From Xanthobacteraceae bacterium (GTDB lineage: Bacteria > Pseudomonadota > Alphaproteobacteria > Rhizobiales > Xanthobacteraceae): 64,000 nt of DNA. This document shows, one piece after another, positions 1-8,855 of this stretch. The translations under genes were made by a program, and so were the position numbers. The stretch lies in NCBI GenBank assembly GCA_036267435.1, contig DATAWA010000259.1:7852-71851 (forward strand), read 5' to 3'. The notes below the pieces were generated by a model that did no database searches, was not told the origin of the DNA, and worked only from the letters and a program-made list of their open reading frames with translations. The stretch's first letter is position 1; every line of letters starts with the position of its first letter.

Positions 1-56
1 TCCCAGTCGCCGGTTGCCCCCTTGATCAGCTTGGATTTTCGCGCCGGTGCGTCCAT
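1..56 (-). CDS. gatB: Asp/Glu-tRNA amidotransferase subunit B, N-terminal fragment running off the window
   Basis: The minus-strand ATG at 56 reads MDAPARKSKLIKGATGDWE. The LIKG-TGDWE motif matches the conserved GatB N-terminus (TGDWEVVIG). An in-frame stop lies 4 codons upstream. Only 18 codons are visible. Confidence 0.5.
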   Translation of the reverse strand, partial: MDAPARKSKLIKGATGDW

Positions 57-166
57 GCGATCCGGTTACGCCCTTGGTGCGGACGCGGCAAGACCCGCCG
101 CTGCGCTCGCGGGACGGGTGAAATTCGCGCCGTTTGATGGATTAGGCGAGCCGCCGCAGTTTTGCG

Positions 167-427
167 CTAGCCGCCGCACTTGGCGGTGCAGAAGCCGGTA
201 TAGCAAGGCAGCATGGCGGTGAATGTTCCGTTCACGCACAGCTGCTGACTGCACCACTTCGTCTGCGGATTGCAATTGTAAGAACAGATCGTATTGGCGG
301 CGGCAAAATGCTTTTTGTCGACGGCGCACGACCCGGGCGGCGCCTTCATCATCTTGGCCGAAGCCAACGACGGCAGCGCCACCGCGCCAGCCAGCAAAGC
401 GATCTTCACAAACGACATCACGCGCAT
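167..427 (-). CDS. small secreted cysteine-rich protein (8 Cys), unknown function
   Basis: The ORF reads MRVMSFVKIALLAGAVALPSLASA, a signal peptide, followed by a roughly 60-aa mature part with 8 cysteines. It lies upstream of gatB on the same strand. Confidence 0.5.
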   Translation of the reverse strand: MRVMSFVKIALLAGAVALPSLASAKMMKAPPGSCAVDKKHFAAANTICSYNCNPQTKWCSQQLCVNGTFTAMLPCYTGFCTAKCGG

Positions 428-540
428 GGAATCCCCCAAAATTCGCGCCCCGCTTTAATCTTACTGCGGCGGAACCGCGGTGCAAGACAATCGCGCAGCC
501 TCCGGGACCTTGATAGAGTAACTCAGCAAGCCGCCGAGCG

Positions 541-589
541 GAGGAAGACATGCGGGCAGAGGAAGACATGCGGGCAGAGGAAGACATGG
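541..589. repeat. 18-bp tandem repeat, 2.7 copies (gaggaagacatgcgggca)
   Basis: Exact direct repeats occupy 541-558 and 559-576, with a partial copy at 577-589. Each copy carries a GAGGAAG Shine-Dalgarno-like motif plus an in-frame ATG (550, 568, 586). Confidence 0.95.
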
Positions 590-1353
590 ACGCCATTGCC
601 GAGACGGATCGCCAAATCGCCGAACTGCCGCAGCCCCGGGCGCGGATCGGTCTGATCATCCCGTCGGTAAACCGGATGACCGAGCGGCAATTCAATCATT
701 ACGCCCCGGACGGTCTCGATATTCTGGTCGCCCGCGGCCGGGTCGCCGGGCAACCCAACCGGACCGTCGCCGAACTGACCGACGAGATCGCGCACGCCGC
801 CGGCACGCTGGCCGATGCCGCTCCCGACCTCATCGTCTTTCACTGCACCCATACCTCGATGAAGGAAGGCGCCGACGGCGAGGCGCGCATCATCGAGCTC
901 ATCCGGCGCACCACCGGCATCGAGGCGCTGTCGACGTCGAGTCTGGTCAATGACGCCATGCGAGCGCTCGGGCTCAAGAAGCTCATCCTGCTCAGCCCTT
1001 ATATGTCGAACCAAAGCATCATCGATTACCTCGCCGCGGCCGGCTTCACCGTGGTGAGCGACGTGGCACTCAAATGCAAAACCCCGGCCGATTTCGAGAC
1101 GGTGACGCCGCAGCGCTGGCTCGAACTGGCGCTGGAAAACGACACGCCGGAAGCCGACGGGGTGTTCTTAAGCTGCACTAACACCACCCAGATCGAAGCG
1201 GTGGCGGCGATCGAGCAGGCGCTGGGCAAACCGGTGGTCAACAGCAACCAGGCGGTGCTGTGGGGTTGCCTGAAACGGCTCAAAGACAAACTCGGCGACG
1301 AGGCCGCCGTGCCGGCTCATCTCGGCCGGCTGATGGACGCACTCGAGACCTGA
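550..1353 (+). CDS. Asp/Glu/hydantoin racemase superfamily protein (maleate isomerase / arylmalonate decarboxylase-like)
   Basis: The translation contains RIGLIIPSVN...FHCTHTS...LLSPY...FLSCTNT...PVVNSNQA, the two-Cys motif layout typical of maleate cis-trans isomerase-type enzymes. The start is ambiguous among the three repeated ATGs. Confidence 0.7.
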   Translation: MRAEEDMRAEEDMDAIAETDRQIAELPQPRARIGLIIPSVNRMTERQFNHYAPDGLDILVARGRVAGQPNRTVAELTDEIAHAAGTLADAAPDLIVFHCTHTSMKEGADGEARIIELIRRTTGIEALSTSSLVNDAMRALGLKKLILLSPYMSNQSIIDYLAAAGFTVVSDVALKCKTPADFETVTPQRWLELALENDTPEADGVFLSCTNTTQIEAVAAIEQALGKPVVNSNQAVLWGCLKRLKDKLGDEAAVPAHLGRLMDALET

Positions 1354-1372
1354 TCCCTCGCGGCCATGTCGG

Positions 1373-1627
1373 TCAGGCGCGGACCGTACCGGCGCAGCCC
1401 GCTGGATTGAAGACGCGCTGCGTCGACGGTGGATGGTTGATGAGTTCGGCTGCGGGCCGGATCGGGCGCGGCGAGAAATTACCGCCGCAATTCGGGCAGA
1501 CGCCGTTGAGCCGGTTGTCGACGCAGTCGCGGCAGAACGTGCATTCGAAGGTGCAGATCATCGCGTCGGCGGCAGCGGGCGGCAGAGCCTTGTCGCAGCA
1601 TTCGCAGCTTGGGCGCAGTTCGAGCAT
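1373..1627 (-). CDS. DUF1272 domain protein (Cys-rich zinc-ribbon-like)
   Basis: MLELRPSCECCDKALPP...ICTFECTFCRDC...CPNCGG matches the DUF1272 signature. The ORF was trimmed to the internal ATG at 1627. Confidence 0.75.
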   Translation of the reverse strand: MLELRPSCECCDKALPPAAADAMICTFECTFCRDCVDNRLNGVCPNCGGNFSPRPIRPAAELINHPPSTQRVFNPAGCAGTVRA

Positions 1628-1638
1628 CGCATTCCCCG

Positions 1639-2340
1639 TCACGCGGCAGCATGGAGTCGCGCCGCGACCCGCCTGCACGTTTCCAACCGCTCCCGTTGGA
1701 ACGGCTCGGCGGCGCGCCGCGCCTTATCGACAATGTCTTTGGGCGCCGTTGCCGGCGAACCGGCATCGAATGGCGGCGCCGGGCAATATTCCATCTGCAA
1801 CTGGATCTGCTGCGCAATGGCCTCGCCCCGCAACTCGGCTGCAAGCCGGAGCCCGAAGTCGATGCCGGCGGTGACGCCGCCGCCGGTCACCCGGTTGCGG
1901 TCGATCACGACGCGCTCGTCCACCGGCACGGCGTCGAACATTTCGAGGAGCGGCAGGCTGAGCCAGTGGGTCGTGGCGCGGTGGCCGGTTAAAAGTCCGG
2001 CGGCGCCGAGCACCAGCGCGCCGGTGCAAACCGAGGTCACGTAGCGGGCTGTTTGGGCCTGCGTGCGCAAGAAGCCGAGCACCTCTTGGTCGTCCATCAA
2101 AGCCTGCTGGCCCGGGCCGCCGGGAACCACGATGACATCGAGCGGCGGACAAGCCGCGCAAGTGACAGTGGGAACGAGCACCAACCCTCGATCGGTGCGC
2201 ACCGGCCCCGAGGCTTTGGCGACGATATGCACGGTCGTATCGGGCAACCGCGCAAAGACCTCGTAAGGCCCGGTGAAATCGAGCTGGGTCATGTCGGGAA
2301 AGATCAGAAGGCCGATCTGCAAAGGTGTTGTCTCGCTCAT
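1639..2340 (-). CDS. DJ-1/PfpI family protein (isonitrile hydratase-like)
   Basis: The sequence has IGLLIFPDMTQLDFTGPYEVF and a nucleophile elbow SVCTGALVLG...ATTHW. It was trimmed to MSETT at 2340. It is divergent from a GlxA-type regulator. Confidence 0.85.
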   Translation of the reverse strand: MSETTPLQIGLLIFPDMTQLDFTGPYEVFARLPDTTVHIVAKASGPVRTDRGLVLVPTVTCAACPPLDVIVVPGGPGQQALMDDQEVLGFLRTQAQTARYVTSVCTGALVLGAAGLLTGHRATTHWLSLPLLEMFDAVPVDERVVIDRNRVTGGGVTAGIDFGLRLAAELRGEAIAQQIQLQMEYCPAPPFDAGSPATAPKDIVDKARRAAEPFQRERLETCRRVAARLHAAA

Positions 2341-2457
2341 GGACGCGCTCCCGGTCGAATTAGTCCAAATCCTAGCGGCCCAATTTGGCCCGTGACAGAC
2401 CATGGCAGCAATGTCATTGTACCTGTTATTTTCTGCCAACCCTGCCCAGGCCGCAGC

Positions 2458-3468
2458 ATGCCGAGATCGAAGCTAACCGAGCGACTGATCGTGGTGCTTG
2501 CCTTTGAGGATGTGCAACTCCTCGACGTGGCCGGGCCGGTTCAAGCCTTCGCTACCGCCAACGAGCTGATCTGCGGCACGCGCGGGCCGCCGGGCGAAAA
2601 CGCACCGTACCGCATCGCGGTGGTGTCCCGCGGCGGCGGCGCCATCCGGTCCTCGTCGGGTTTACCGCTCCTCACCCAGCCGATGGCCAAGGCGGCCGGC
2701 GCTGGCAGAATCGATACGTTGATCCTGCCCGGTGGCCCGGGCGTCCACGACGCGGCGAAAGATAAAAGCTGCATGGCATGGATTGGCCGCCAAATCCTCG
2801 CCGCGCGCCGGACCGCCTCGGTCTGTACCGGCGCATTCCTTTTAGCCGAAGCCGGCGCGCTCTGCGGGCGTACCGCCACCACGCACTGGAAGTTCTGCGA
2901 CCGTCTTCAGCGGGAATACCCGGAGATCAAGGTCGATCCCGACCCGATCTATCTGCATGACGGGCGCATCTGGACATCCGCCGGCGTCACCGCCGGCATC
3001 GATCTCAGCTTGGCGCTGATCCAGGAAGACCTTGGGCGCAAACTCGCGATGGCGGTGGCGCGCCACCTCGTTGTCTTTCTCAACCGCCCCGGCGGCCAAT
3101 CGCAGTTTTCCGCCGCGCTCGAGGCGCAAGCCGCCGCCGCGACCGGCAACGCGCCGAACCATTTTGCGCCGCTGCACGACTGGATCGCCGAGCATGTCGG
3201 CGCCGATTTGCGGGTCGAGCGGCTTGCCGAACAGGCCGGCATGAGCCCGCGCAATTTCGCACGAATTTATACCGCGACAATGGGTGTGACGCCGGCACGG
3301 ATGGTCGAGAAAATCCGCATCGAGGCGGTTCGCAGGCACCTGGAAGAAACCGATATGCCGATCAAGCAAATCGCGGCGGCCTGCGGTTTTCAGCAGGAAG
3401 AACGCTTGCGCCGCGCTTTCGGCCGTCAAGTCGGCACCACGCCGGCGGAATATCGGCGGAGATTTTAG
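2458..3468 (+). CDS. GlxA-family transcriptional regulator (DJ-1/PfpI domain plus AraC HTH)
   Basis: The N-terminus is a DJ-1-like domain (SVCTGAFLLAEAG...TTHW). The C-terminus is an AraC-type HTH (LAEQAGMSPRNFARIY...GFQQEERLRRAF). The ATG is at 2458. Confidence 0.85.
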   Translation: MPRSKLTERLIVVLAFEDVQLLDVAGPVQAFATANELICGTRGPPGENAPYRIAVVSRGGGAIRSSSGLPLLTQPMAKAAGAGRIDTLILPGGPGVHDAAKDKSCMAWIGRQILAARRTASVCTGAFLLAEAGALCGRTATTHWKFCDRLQREYPEIKVDPDPIYLHDGRIWTSAGVTAGIDLSLALIQEDLGRKLAMAVARHLVVFLNRPGGQSQFSAALEAQAAAATGNAPNHFAPLHDWIAEHVGADLRVERLAEQAGMSPRNFARIYTATMGVTPARMVEKIRIEAVRRHLEETDMPIKQIAAACGFQQEERLRRAFGRQVGTTPAEYRRRF

Positions 3469-3489
3469 AGCACGATCGGACCGCGCGGA

Positions 3490-3951
3490 TCAGTGCGGCC
3501 ACGGCATGATCGGAACGGTGCTGATCGCATTCGCCGGCGAGCCGTTGACGATCTTGGTGCTGATCGCGAGATAGACGATCGTGGTGTGGGGAATGTCCAC
3601 CAGGCGATAAATGCGGGTCGTCTTGAAGAAAATGCTCGTCTTCTGACTGAACACCTCTTCTTTATCCTCAAGCTTCGACAGGTCGACGTTGATCGGGCCG
3701 TTTTGTCTGCACGAGACCGAAAAATTGGAAGGATCTTCGTTCAGCCCCAATGGCTGGCCCCAGCCGCCCTTTCGCGCCTGTGAAATGTGACACACGACGC
3801 CGGGCACTTTCGGGTCTTCAAACACGCTGACGCACACCTTGTCGTTGGGTGACAGCGCGTTGAACGTCGTGCTGATGCAGTCCAGGTCTTTGGCCTGCGC
3901 CGCATGAACGGACGCGGCGAGCAGTAACGCCGCCGGCAAGAGCCACTTCAT
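3490..3951 (-). CDS. creA: CreA family periplasmic protein
   Basis: A signal peptide (MKWLLPAALLLAASVHAAQA) is followed by VFEDPKVPGVVCHISQARKGGW...GSPANAISTVPIMPW. This aligns closely to my recollection of E. coli CreA. Confidence 0.85.
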   Translation of the reverse strand: MKWLLPAALLLAASVHAAQAKDLDCISTTFNALSPNDKVCVSVFEDPKVPGVVCHISQARKGGWGQPLGLNEDPSNFSVSCRQNGPINVDLSKLEDKEEVFSQKTSIFFKTTRIYRLVDIPHTTIVYLAISTKIVNGSPANAISTVPIMPWPH

Positions 3952-4323
3952 TAGAAAAACTCCGCGTTTGTTGCGCGACGCGCCACGGTTGTAAGTATTC
4001 CGATCCGCCCTGCCATCCAACCCGGTTGGGCGGTAAGACTGTGCTCCGCGTTCATACATCGAGCCCCATTGTGTTTTACCTACGGCGCCCCAAGTTTCAC
4101 GACAAGGCAAGTCGTGACTTGCCTGGGAGGTGCCCGCAGACGGAGATGGACCGAAGTCTCCGCCGTTTTTGACGCATCCCCGGTGCCATCGGTAGGCGCG
4201 ATACGGGAATGACATCGATAGCTGTCGCAGGTGGCCGCTTTCGCGGGCATCAGGTGTAGTGGTTCGCCGTGAACAAAGCGCACAACGCTTGGAAATTACG
4301 GCGGCAACAGAGGATAGACGACA

Positions 4324-5172
4324 ATGTCAATGATCACGACCAAAGACAGCGTTCAGATTTATTACAAGGATTGGGGTAAGGGTCAGCCCATGGTGTTCAG
4401 CCACGGCTGGCCGCTCTCAGCCGACGACTGGGACAACCAGATGTTGTTCTTTCTCAATCGCGGTTATCGCGTCATCGCCCATGACCGGCGCGGCCACGGC
4501 CGCTCGAGCCAAACCGCCGACGGCCATGACATGGATCATTACGCCGACGATCTTGCTGCGGTGACCGCGCATCTCGATCTGAAGAACGCCATTCATGTCG
4601 GCCATTCTACCGGCGGCGGCGAGGTGGTGCATTATCTCGGACGGCATGGCGAAGACCGGGTGGCGATGGCAGCAATCATCAGCGCGGTGCCGCCACTGAT
4701 GGTAAAGACGGCGGCCAATCCCAACGGCCTGCCCAAAGACGTATTTGACGGACTGCAGGCGCAGCTTGCGGCCAATCGTTCGCAATTTTATCGCGCGCTT
4801 CCGGAGGGCCCCTTCTATGGCTACAACCGGCCGGGTGCGAAGCCGTCGGAGGCCATCATCGCGAACTGGTGGCGGCAGGGCATGATGGGCGGCGCCAAGG
4901 CGCATTACGACGGCATCGTCGCCTTCTCGCAGACCGACTTCACCGAAGACCTCAAGAAAATCACCGTGCCAGTGCTGGTGATGCACAGCGAGGACGACCA
5001 GATCGTCCCCTATGTCGCGTCCGGTCCGATGTCGGCGAAACTGCTCAAGAACGGAACGCTGAAGACCTACAAGGATTTCCCGCACGGCATGCCGACCACG
5101 CAGGCGGAAACGATCAACGCCGATCTGCTGTCGTTCATCCAGGCTAAATCGAGCCGATCCGCAGCCGCCTAG
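4324..5172 (+). CDS. alpha/beta hydrolase, non-heme haloperoxidase / arylesterase type
   Basis: [29 protein letters not shown]...[15 protein letters not shown]...GHSTGGGEV is near-colinear with Pseudomonas chloroperoxidase F as I recall it. Confidence 0.9.
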   Translation: MSMITTKDSVQIYYKDWGKGQPMVFSHGWPLSADDWDNQMLFFLNRGYRVIAHDRRGHGRSSQTADGHDMDHYADDLAAVTAHLDLKNAIHVGHSTGGGEVVHYLGRHGEDRVAMAAIISAVPPLMVKTAANPNGLPKDVFDGLQAQLAANRSQFYRALPEGPFYGYNRPGAKPSEAIIANWWRQGMMGGAKAHYDGIVAFSQTDFTEDLKKITVPVLVMHSEDDQIVPYVASGPMSAKLLKNGTLKTYKDFPHGMPTTQAETINADLLSFIQAKSSRSAAA

Positions 5173-5206
5173 GCGCCGCTGATCAGCCCCATCGTCGAGA
5201 CAAGAT

Positions 5207-5229
5207 CGTGGCGGCGCGCTGCCGCCACG
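5207..5229. terminator. GC-rich hairpin between convergent genes (possible bidirectional terminator)
   Basis: cgtggcggc-gcgct-gccgccacg forms a 9-bp perfect stem, followed by actcgttt. The U-tract is weak. Confidence 0.35.
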
Positions 5230-5289
5230 ACTCGTTTGCGTGCGGTTTGAGAAACGCGCGTCCTTGAGTTCGCACGCGCCCGGCGGTCG

Positions 5290-6360
5290 TCACTCGCCCT
5301 CGCGCCAGATGCCGAGCGCTTCCTGCGCCGGGCGGTCGGAAATCGAGAACAGAACCGACTCCTTGGCCGCGTGATGGGCGTAGCGCTTCCATGATGGCAC
5401 CACGAAGACGTCCTGCGGACCCCATTCCATCACCTTGCCGTCGACCGTGGTGGTGCCTTGGCCTTCGGCGCAGACGAAGATGGTGCCGTCGGTCGCGCGG
5501 TACGGCTCGCCGTCGAAGCCTTTCGGCAGCAGCGCCAGATTGGCGCTCATCGTCGGCAGCACCGGTCCGCCGGTCACCGGATTGGCGTAGCGCACGCGGG
5601 CGCCATGACGTTTGTCGATGTCACCGGCCGCAGCCATGCGGGCAATGATCGGCCGCGTACGGGCATAAGTGTAGTTGATGATAGGCGTCCGGTTCGTGCT
5701 CGGCGTTCCATCGGGCAGCACGCCGGAACCATAGAAGCTGACTGAATCGCCGTCCTGCCGCGTCGTCTTCTGCATGGCATCGTCGAAGTGTTCGGAGAAC
5801 GACGCCTCGAAGAAGTTGACCGCGGGAACGTCAAGAACGTCGAGCCACAGCATCGGCTTCTTCGACGGATTGCCATGGTCGTGCGGCGCCCAGTTGGCGG
5901 TGATGACGAAATCGCCCGGCGCCATGAAGGCCTGCTCGCCCTCGACCGCGGTATAGGCGCCCTCGCCGTCGAGCACGAAGCGGATCGCCGAAGCCGCATG
6001 ACGGTGCGCTGGAGCGACCTCGCCGGGCATGATCATCTGGATTCCGGCAAACAGTGAATTGGTGACCTTGGACTCGCCGTGCAGGGCGGGGTTTTCCAGA
6101 ATCAGCACCCGGCGTTCGGCTTCCTCGGCGGTGATCAGGCCGCCTGATTCCATGACCAGCGCTTTGACGTCGTCGAAGTGCCAGACATGCGGCTGGCAGC
6201 GCGATACCGGTTCCTTGGTGACCATCGATCGCATCACCTTCCACAACGGCGCCATGTCCTTTTTGGCAATCCGCTCGTAGAACGCCTCCCGCATCGCCTC
6301 GATATTGTGTTTTGGGTTGGCCGTTTGCTCTTTGGTTTTCTCTTGGGTGGCGACCACCAT
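5290..6360 (-). CDS. gentisate 1,2-dioxygenase-like bicupin
   Basis: The 356-aa bicupin carries GEVAPAHRHAASAIRFVLDG (a cupin metal motif) and the PLWKVM...CQPHVWHFDDV pattern typical of gentisate dioxygenases. It was trimmed to MVVATQ at 6360. Confidence 0.8.
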   Translation of the reverse strand: MVVATQEKTKEQTANPKHNIEAMREAFYERIAKKDMAPLWKVMRSMVTKEPVSRCQPHVWHFDDVKALVMESGGLITAEEAERRVLILENPALHGESKVTNSLFAGIQMIMPGEVAPAHRHAASAIRFVLDGEGAYTAVEGEQAFMAPGDFVITANWAPHDHGNPSKKPMLWLDVLDVPAVNFFEASFSEHFDDAMQKTTRQDGDSVSFYGSGVLPDGTPSTNRTPIINYTYARTRPIIARMAAAGDIDKRHGARVRYANPVTGGPVLPTMSANLALLPKGFDGEPYRATDGTIFVCAEGQGTTTVDGKVMEWGPQDVFVVPSWKRYAHHAAKESVLFSISDRPAQEALGIWREGE

Positions 6361-6515
6361 GGCGTCCTCCTGAACTGCGAATAGCCGGAATTTGAACGGA
6401 ATATAATCAAAGCCGCGGGTTGCGGAAATAGCGTCGCGGCAAGCAAAAGGCGGGGCAGCTATGCGGCAAGCCACGAAAGCATGAACATCGGCCGCTCCGC
6501 CCGCGACTAAACGGC

Positions 6516-7463
6516 ATGCAGCGCTACGCGGCCGCCCCCCTCTTAGCTTGCCTTTTACCTTTTGTCGTCGTGGCCGTCGATGTCGCGGCAGCCGCTGCCG
6601 CGACATCGACCGAGCAGGCCTATATTGCCGCGCGCAATGCGACAATCGCCAAGATCAAAGCCGCCTCGGATGCCGCGCCACACGGCCCCACGGACAGCCT
6701 CGATGATAAAATCCTCGCTCTCGACAAAGAGGCCCGTGCCGCACTTGAGCGGCAGATGCGCGCCATCGTCGGTCCGGTCGCGATCAAAGGCATGCACGAC
6801 CAAGGCGCGCTCAATGTCGATACGCTGATCGAGGGCGATGAGGATTTCGGCCTGCTCGACGGCATGATCTATGGCGGCATCGACGCCAAGACCCGAATCA
6901 TCGTGACCACCGACGGCCTATTCCAGGACTGGCTCGCCGAACACAAAGATTGGTGGGGCAAGGACTCCCCTCCTCTGCCGCAGGAGCCGAGCGCCGCCGT
7001 GCGCGATAGCGACTTCTATACGCAAGCGGTGCTGACCGACGCCGCAATCGTGCGCTTCGCCGATATCCCAATCCGCCAGCCGGCGAACGCCGCGTTTAGC
7101 TACGCCACGCTGGCAGCGCGGACGCAAAGCGATCTTCCGTCCAAGGCGGATGAGATTTTCGTCACGGCCGAACAAGGCGGCCGCGTGTTTGTCGCCACCA
7201 CCAAGGACTTCCGCGCCGTGGGGCCGATACCGGCCTGCGACGCCATTCATCGCGATCTGGCCGGCAAAGCGGCCGCGGAGGCGAACGACGCTGGAGCGGA
7301 TGACAAAACGGCGCAAGCGGCCCAAGACAAAGCCGAAGCGCTCAGCGCCGAGGCCGACGCGGAATTCCTGCGCTGCTTCGCCACAAAGGCTTCGCAGCAA
7401 GCCGGTTTCGCCGCGGCCACAAAAGCCGCGCAGACGCTGCTCGACCGGCTTCCCATGCGCTGA
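6516..7463 (+). CDS. secreted hypothetical protein
   Basis: The sequence has an N-terminal signal-like segment, coding-like composition and an Ala/Asp/Lys-rich C-terminus. I recognise no family. Confidence 0.55.
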   Translation: MQRYAAAPLLACLLPFVVVAVDVAAAAAATSTEQAYIAARNATIAKIKAASDAAPHGPTDSLDDKILALDKEARAALERQMRAIVGPVAIKGMHDQGALNVDTLIEGDEDFGLLDGMIYGGIDAKTRIIVTTDGLFQDWLAEHKDWWGKDSPPLPQEPSAAVRDSDFYTQAVLTDAAIVRFADIPIRQPANAAFSYATLAARTQSDLPSKADEIFVTAEQGGRVFVATTKDFRAVGPIPACDAIHRDLAGKAAAEANDAGADDKTAQAAQDKAEALSAEADAEFLRCFATKASQQAGFAAATKAAQTLLDRLPMR

Positions 7464-7481
7464 AGCGACCCCGCGTTGGCC

Positions 7482-8249
7482 TTAATTGTTGGTGGCGCCG
7501 CCGTCGACCGCGATGGTCTGGCCGGTGATGAAATCGCTGTCGGCCGAAGCGAGGAACACCAGCGCGCCGAGCAGATCTTGCGGATATTCATCGCGCTTGA
7601 GCGCGCGGCGCAGAATCGAGGGCTGCCGCGAGTGCTCGAGGTGCTGCGGGTTTTCCTCGATGACGGTGTCGCTCAAGGTAAAGCCCGGCGCCAGATTGTT
7701 GACGCAGATATTGTGCTCGCCAAGCTCGCGCGAGGTGGCGCGCGTAAACGCCGTTACCGCGCCCTTCGAGGTCACGTAATGCGCGAACAGCGGAATGCCG
7801 CGGGCGACAGTGCCCGAGCTGATATTGATGATTTTGCCGTATTTCTGCGCGATCATGTGCGGGGCCACGTGCTTGGTCATCAAGAATACGCCGCGGATAT
7901 TGACCGCCATCACCCGGTCCCACAATTCGACGTCGATGTCGGTGACTTTCTGCTCCCGCAGCGGCGCGAACAGCGCGGCGTTGTTGACCAGAATATCGAT
8001 CTTGCCGAAGCGCTCCATGGTTTTTCCGACCAGCGCCTTGACCGCGCCCTCGTCGGACACGTCGCTGACGGTGCTTTCCACCGAATTGGCGCCGTGCTGC
8101 CGCGCGATCTCAGCGGCGACGTCTTTGCCGTCGGCAACGTCGGCGATCATCAGCCGCGCGCCCTGCGCGGCCAGCGCGCCGGCGTAATGCCGGCCGATCC
8201 CCTTGGCGCCGCCGGTCAAGATCGCGACCCGGCCGTCAAGACGCCCCAT
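7482..8249 (-). CDS. SDR family oxidoreductase
   Basis: The sequence has the TGGAKGIG Rossmann motif, NNAA, and a YVTSK catalytic Tyr-x3-Lys. Confidence 0.9.
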   Translation of the reverse strand: MGRLDGRVAILTGGAKGIGRHYAGALAAQGARLMIADVADGKDVAAEIARQHGANSVESTVSDVSDEGAVKALVGKTMERFGKIDILVNNAALFAPLREQKVTDIDVELWDRVMAVNIRGVFLMTKHVAPHMIAQKYGKIINISSGTVARGIPLFAHYVTSKGAVTAFTRATSRELGEHNICVNNLAPGFTLSDTVIEENPQHLEHSRQPSILRRALKRDEYPQDLLGALVFLASADSDFITGQTIAVDGGATNN

Positions 8250-8281
8250 GATATCCTCCCTATTTATGTGCTCTTTGAGAC

Positions 8282-8845
8282 TTACTTCTTGCCGCCGTGA
8301 TCCGCGATGAACTTGGCGAAGGCGGCAAGCTGCTGCTTGATAAAACCTATCGCCCCTTCGTCTTTGAGCTGTCCGGTCTTGTCGTCGAATTTCTGCGCGG
8401 CGCCGCCGATGAACACTTCCGGCTTGTTCATGGTCAGGGCGTCGAGAAAGATCATGCAGCGGCGCAGATCGTATTGCATGCGGCCGCCACCGAGCATGCC
8501 GCCTGTCGCCGAGATGATCGCGATCGGTTTACCGACGAATGGCTGGTTCGGCACCCGCGAAACCCAGTCGATGGCGTTCTTCAAGCCGCCGGGGATGGAG
8601 AAATTGTATTCCGGGGAGACGAACATGACCCCATCGGCGGCGCGCACCGCTTCGGCGAGTTTTTGCACCGGGGCGGGAAAGCCCGTCGAATTCTGAATGT
8701 CGGCGTTATAAAGCGGGAATTCGGTGAACGGCGGCGCCTCGGTGATGGTCATGCCCGCCGGCGCCCAGCCGGGCAACAGGTTGAGCACCATCCGATTGTA
8801 CGAACCCTTACGCAGGCTGCCGCAAATGCCGATGACATTTGTCAT
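8282..8845 (-). CDS. NADPH-dependent FMN reductase family protein
   Basis: GICGSLRKGSYN...FVSPEYNFSIPGGLKNAIDW is the signature of NAD(P)H-dependent FMN reductases. Confidence 0.85.
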   Translation of the reverse strand: MTNVIGICGSLRKGSYNRMVLNLLPGWAPAGMTITEAPPFTEFPLYNADIQNSTGFPAPVQKLAEAVRAADGVMFVSPEYNFSIPGGLKNAIDWVSRVPNQPFVGKPIAIISATGGMLGGGRMQYDLRRCMIFLDALTMNKPEVFIGGAAQKFDDKTGQLKDEGAIGFIKQQLAAFAKFIADHGGKK

Positions 8846-8855
8846 AGTCGACCTC

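Noticed and set aside
541-589. Tandem repeats at 541-589 and 31011-31070 as CRISPR arrays
   Set aside because: The units are contiguous with no spacers, only 18 and 12 bp long, and no cas genes are present.
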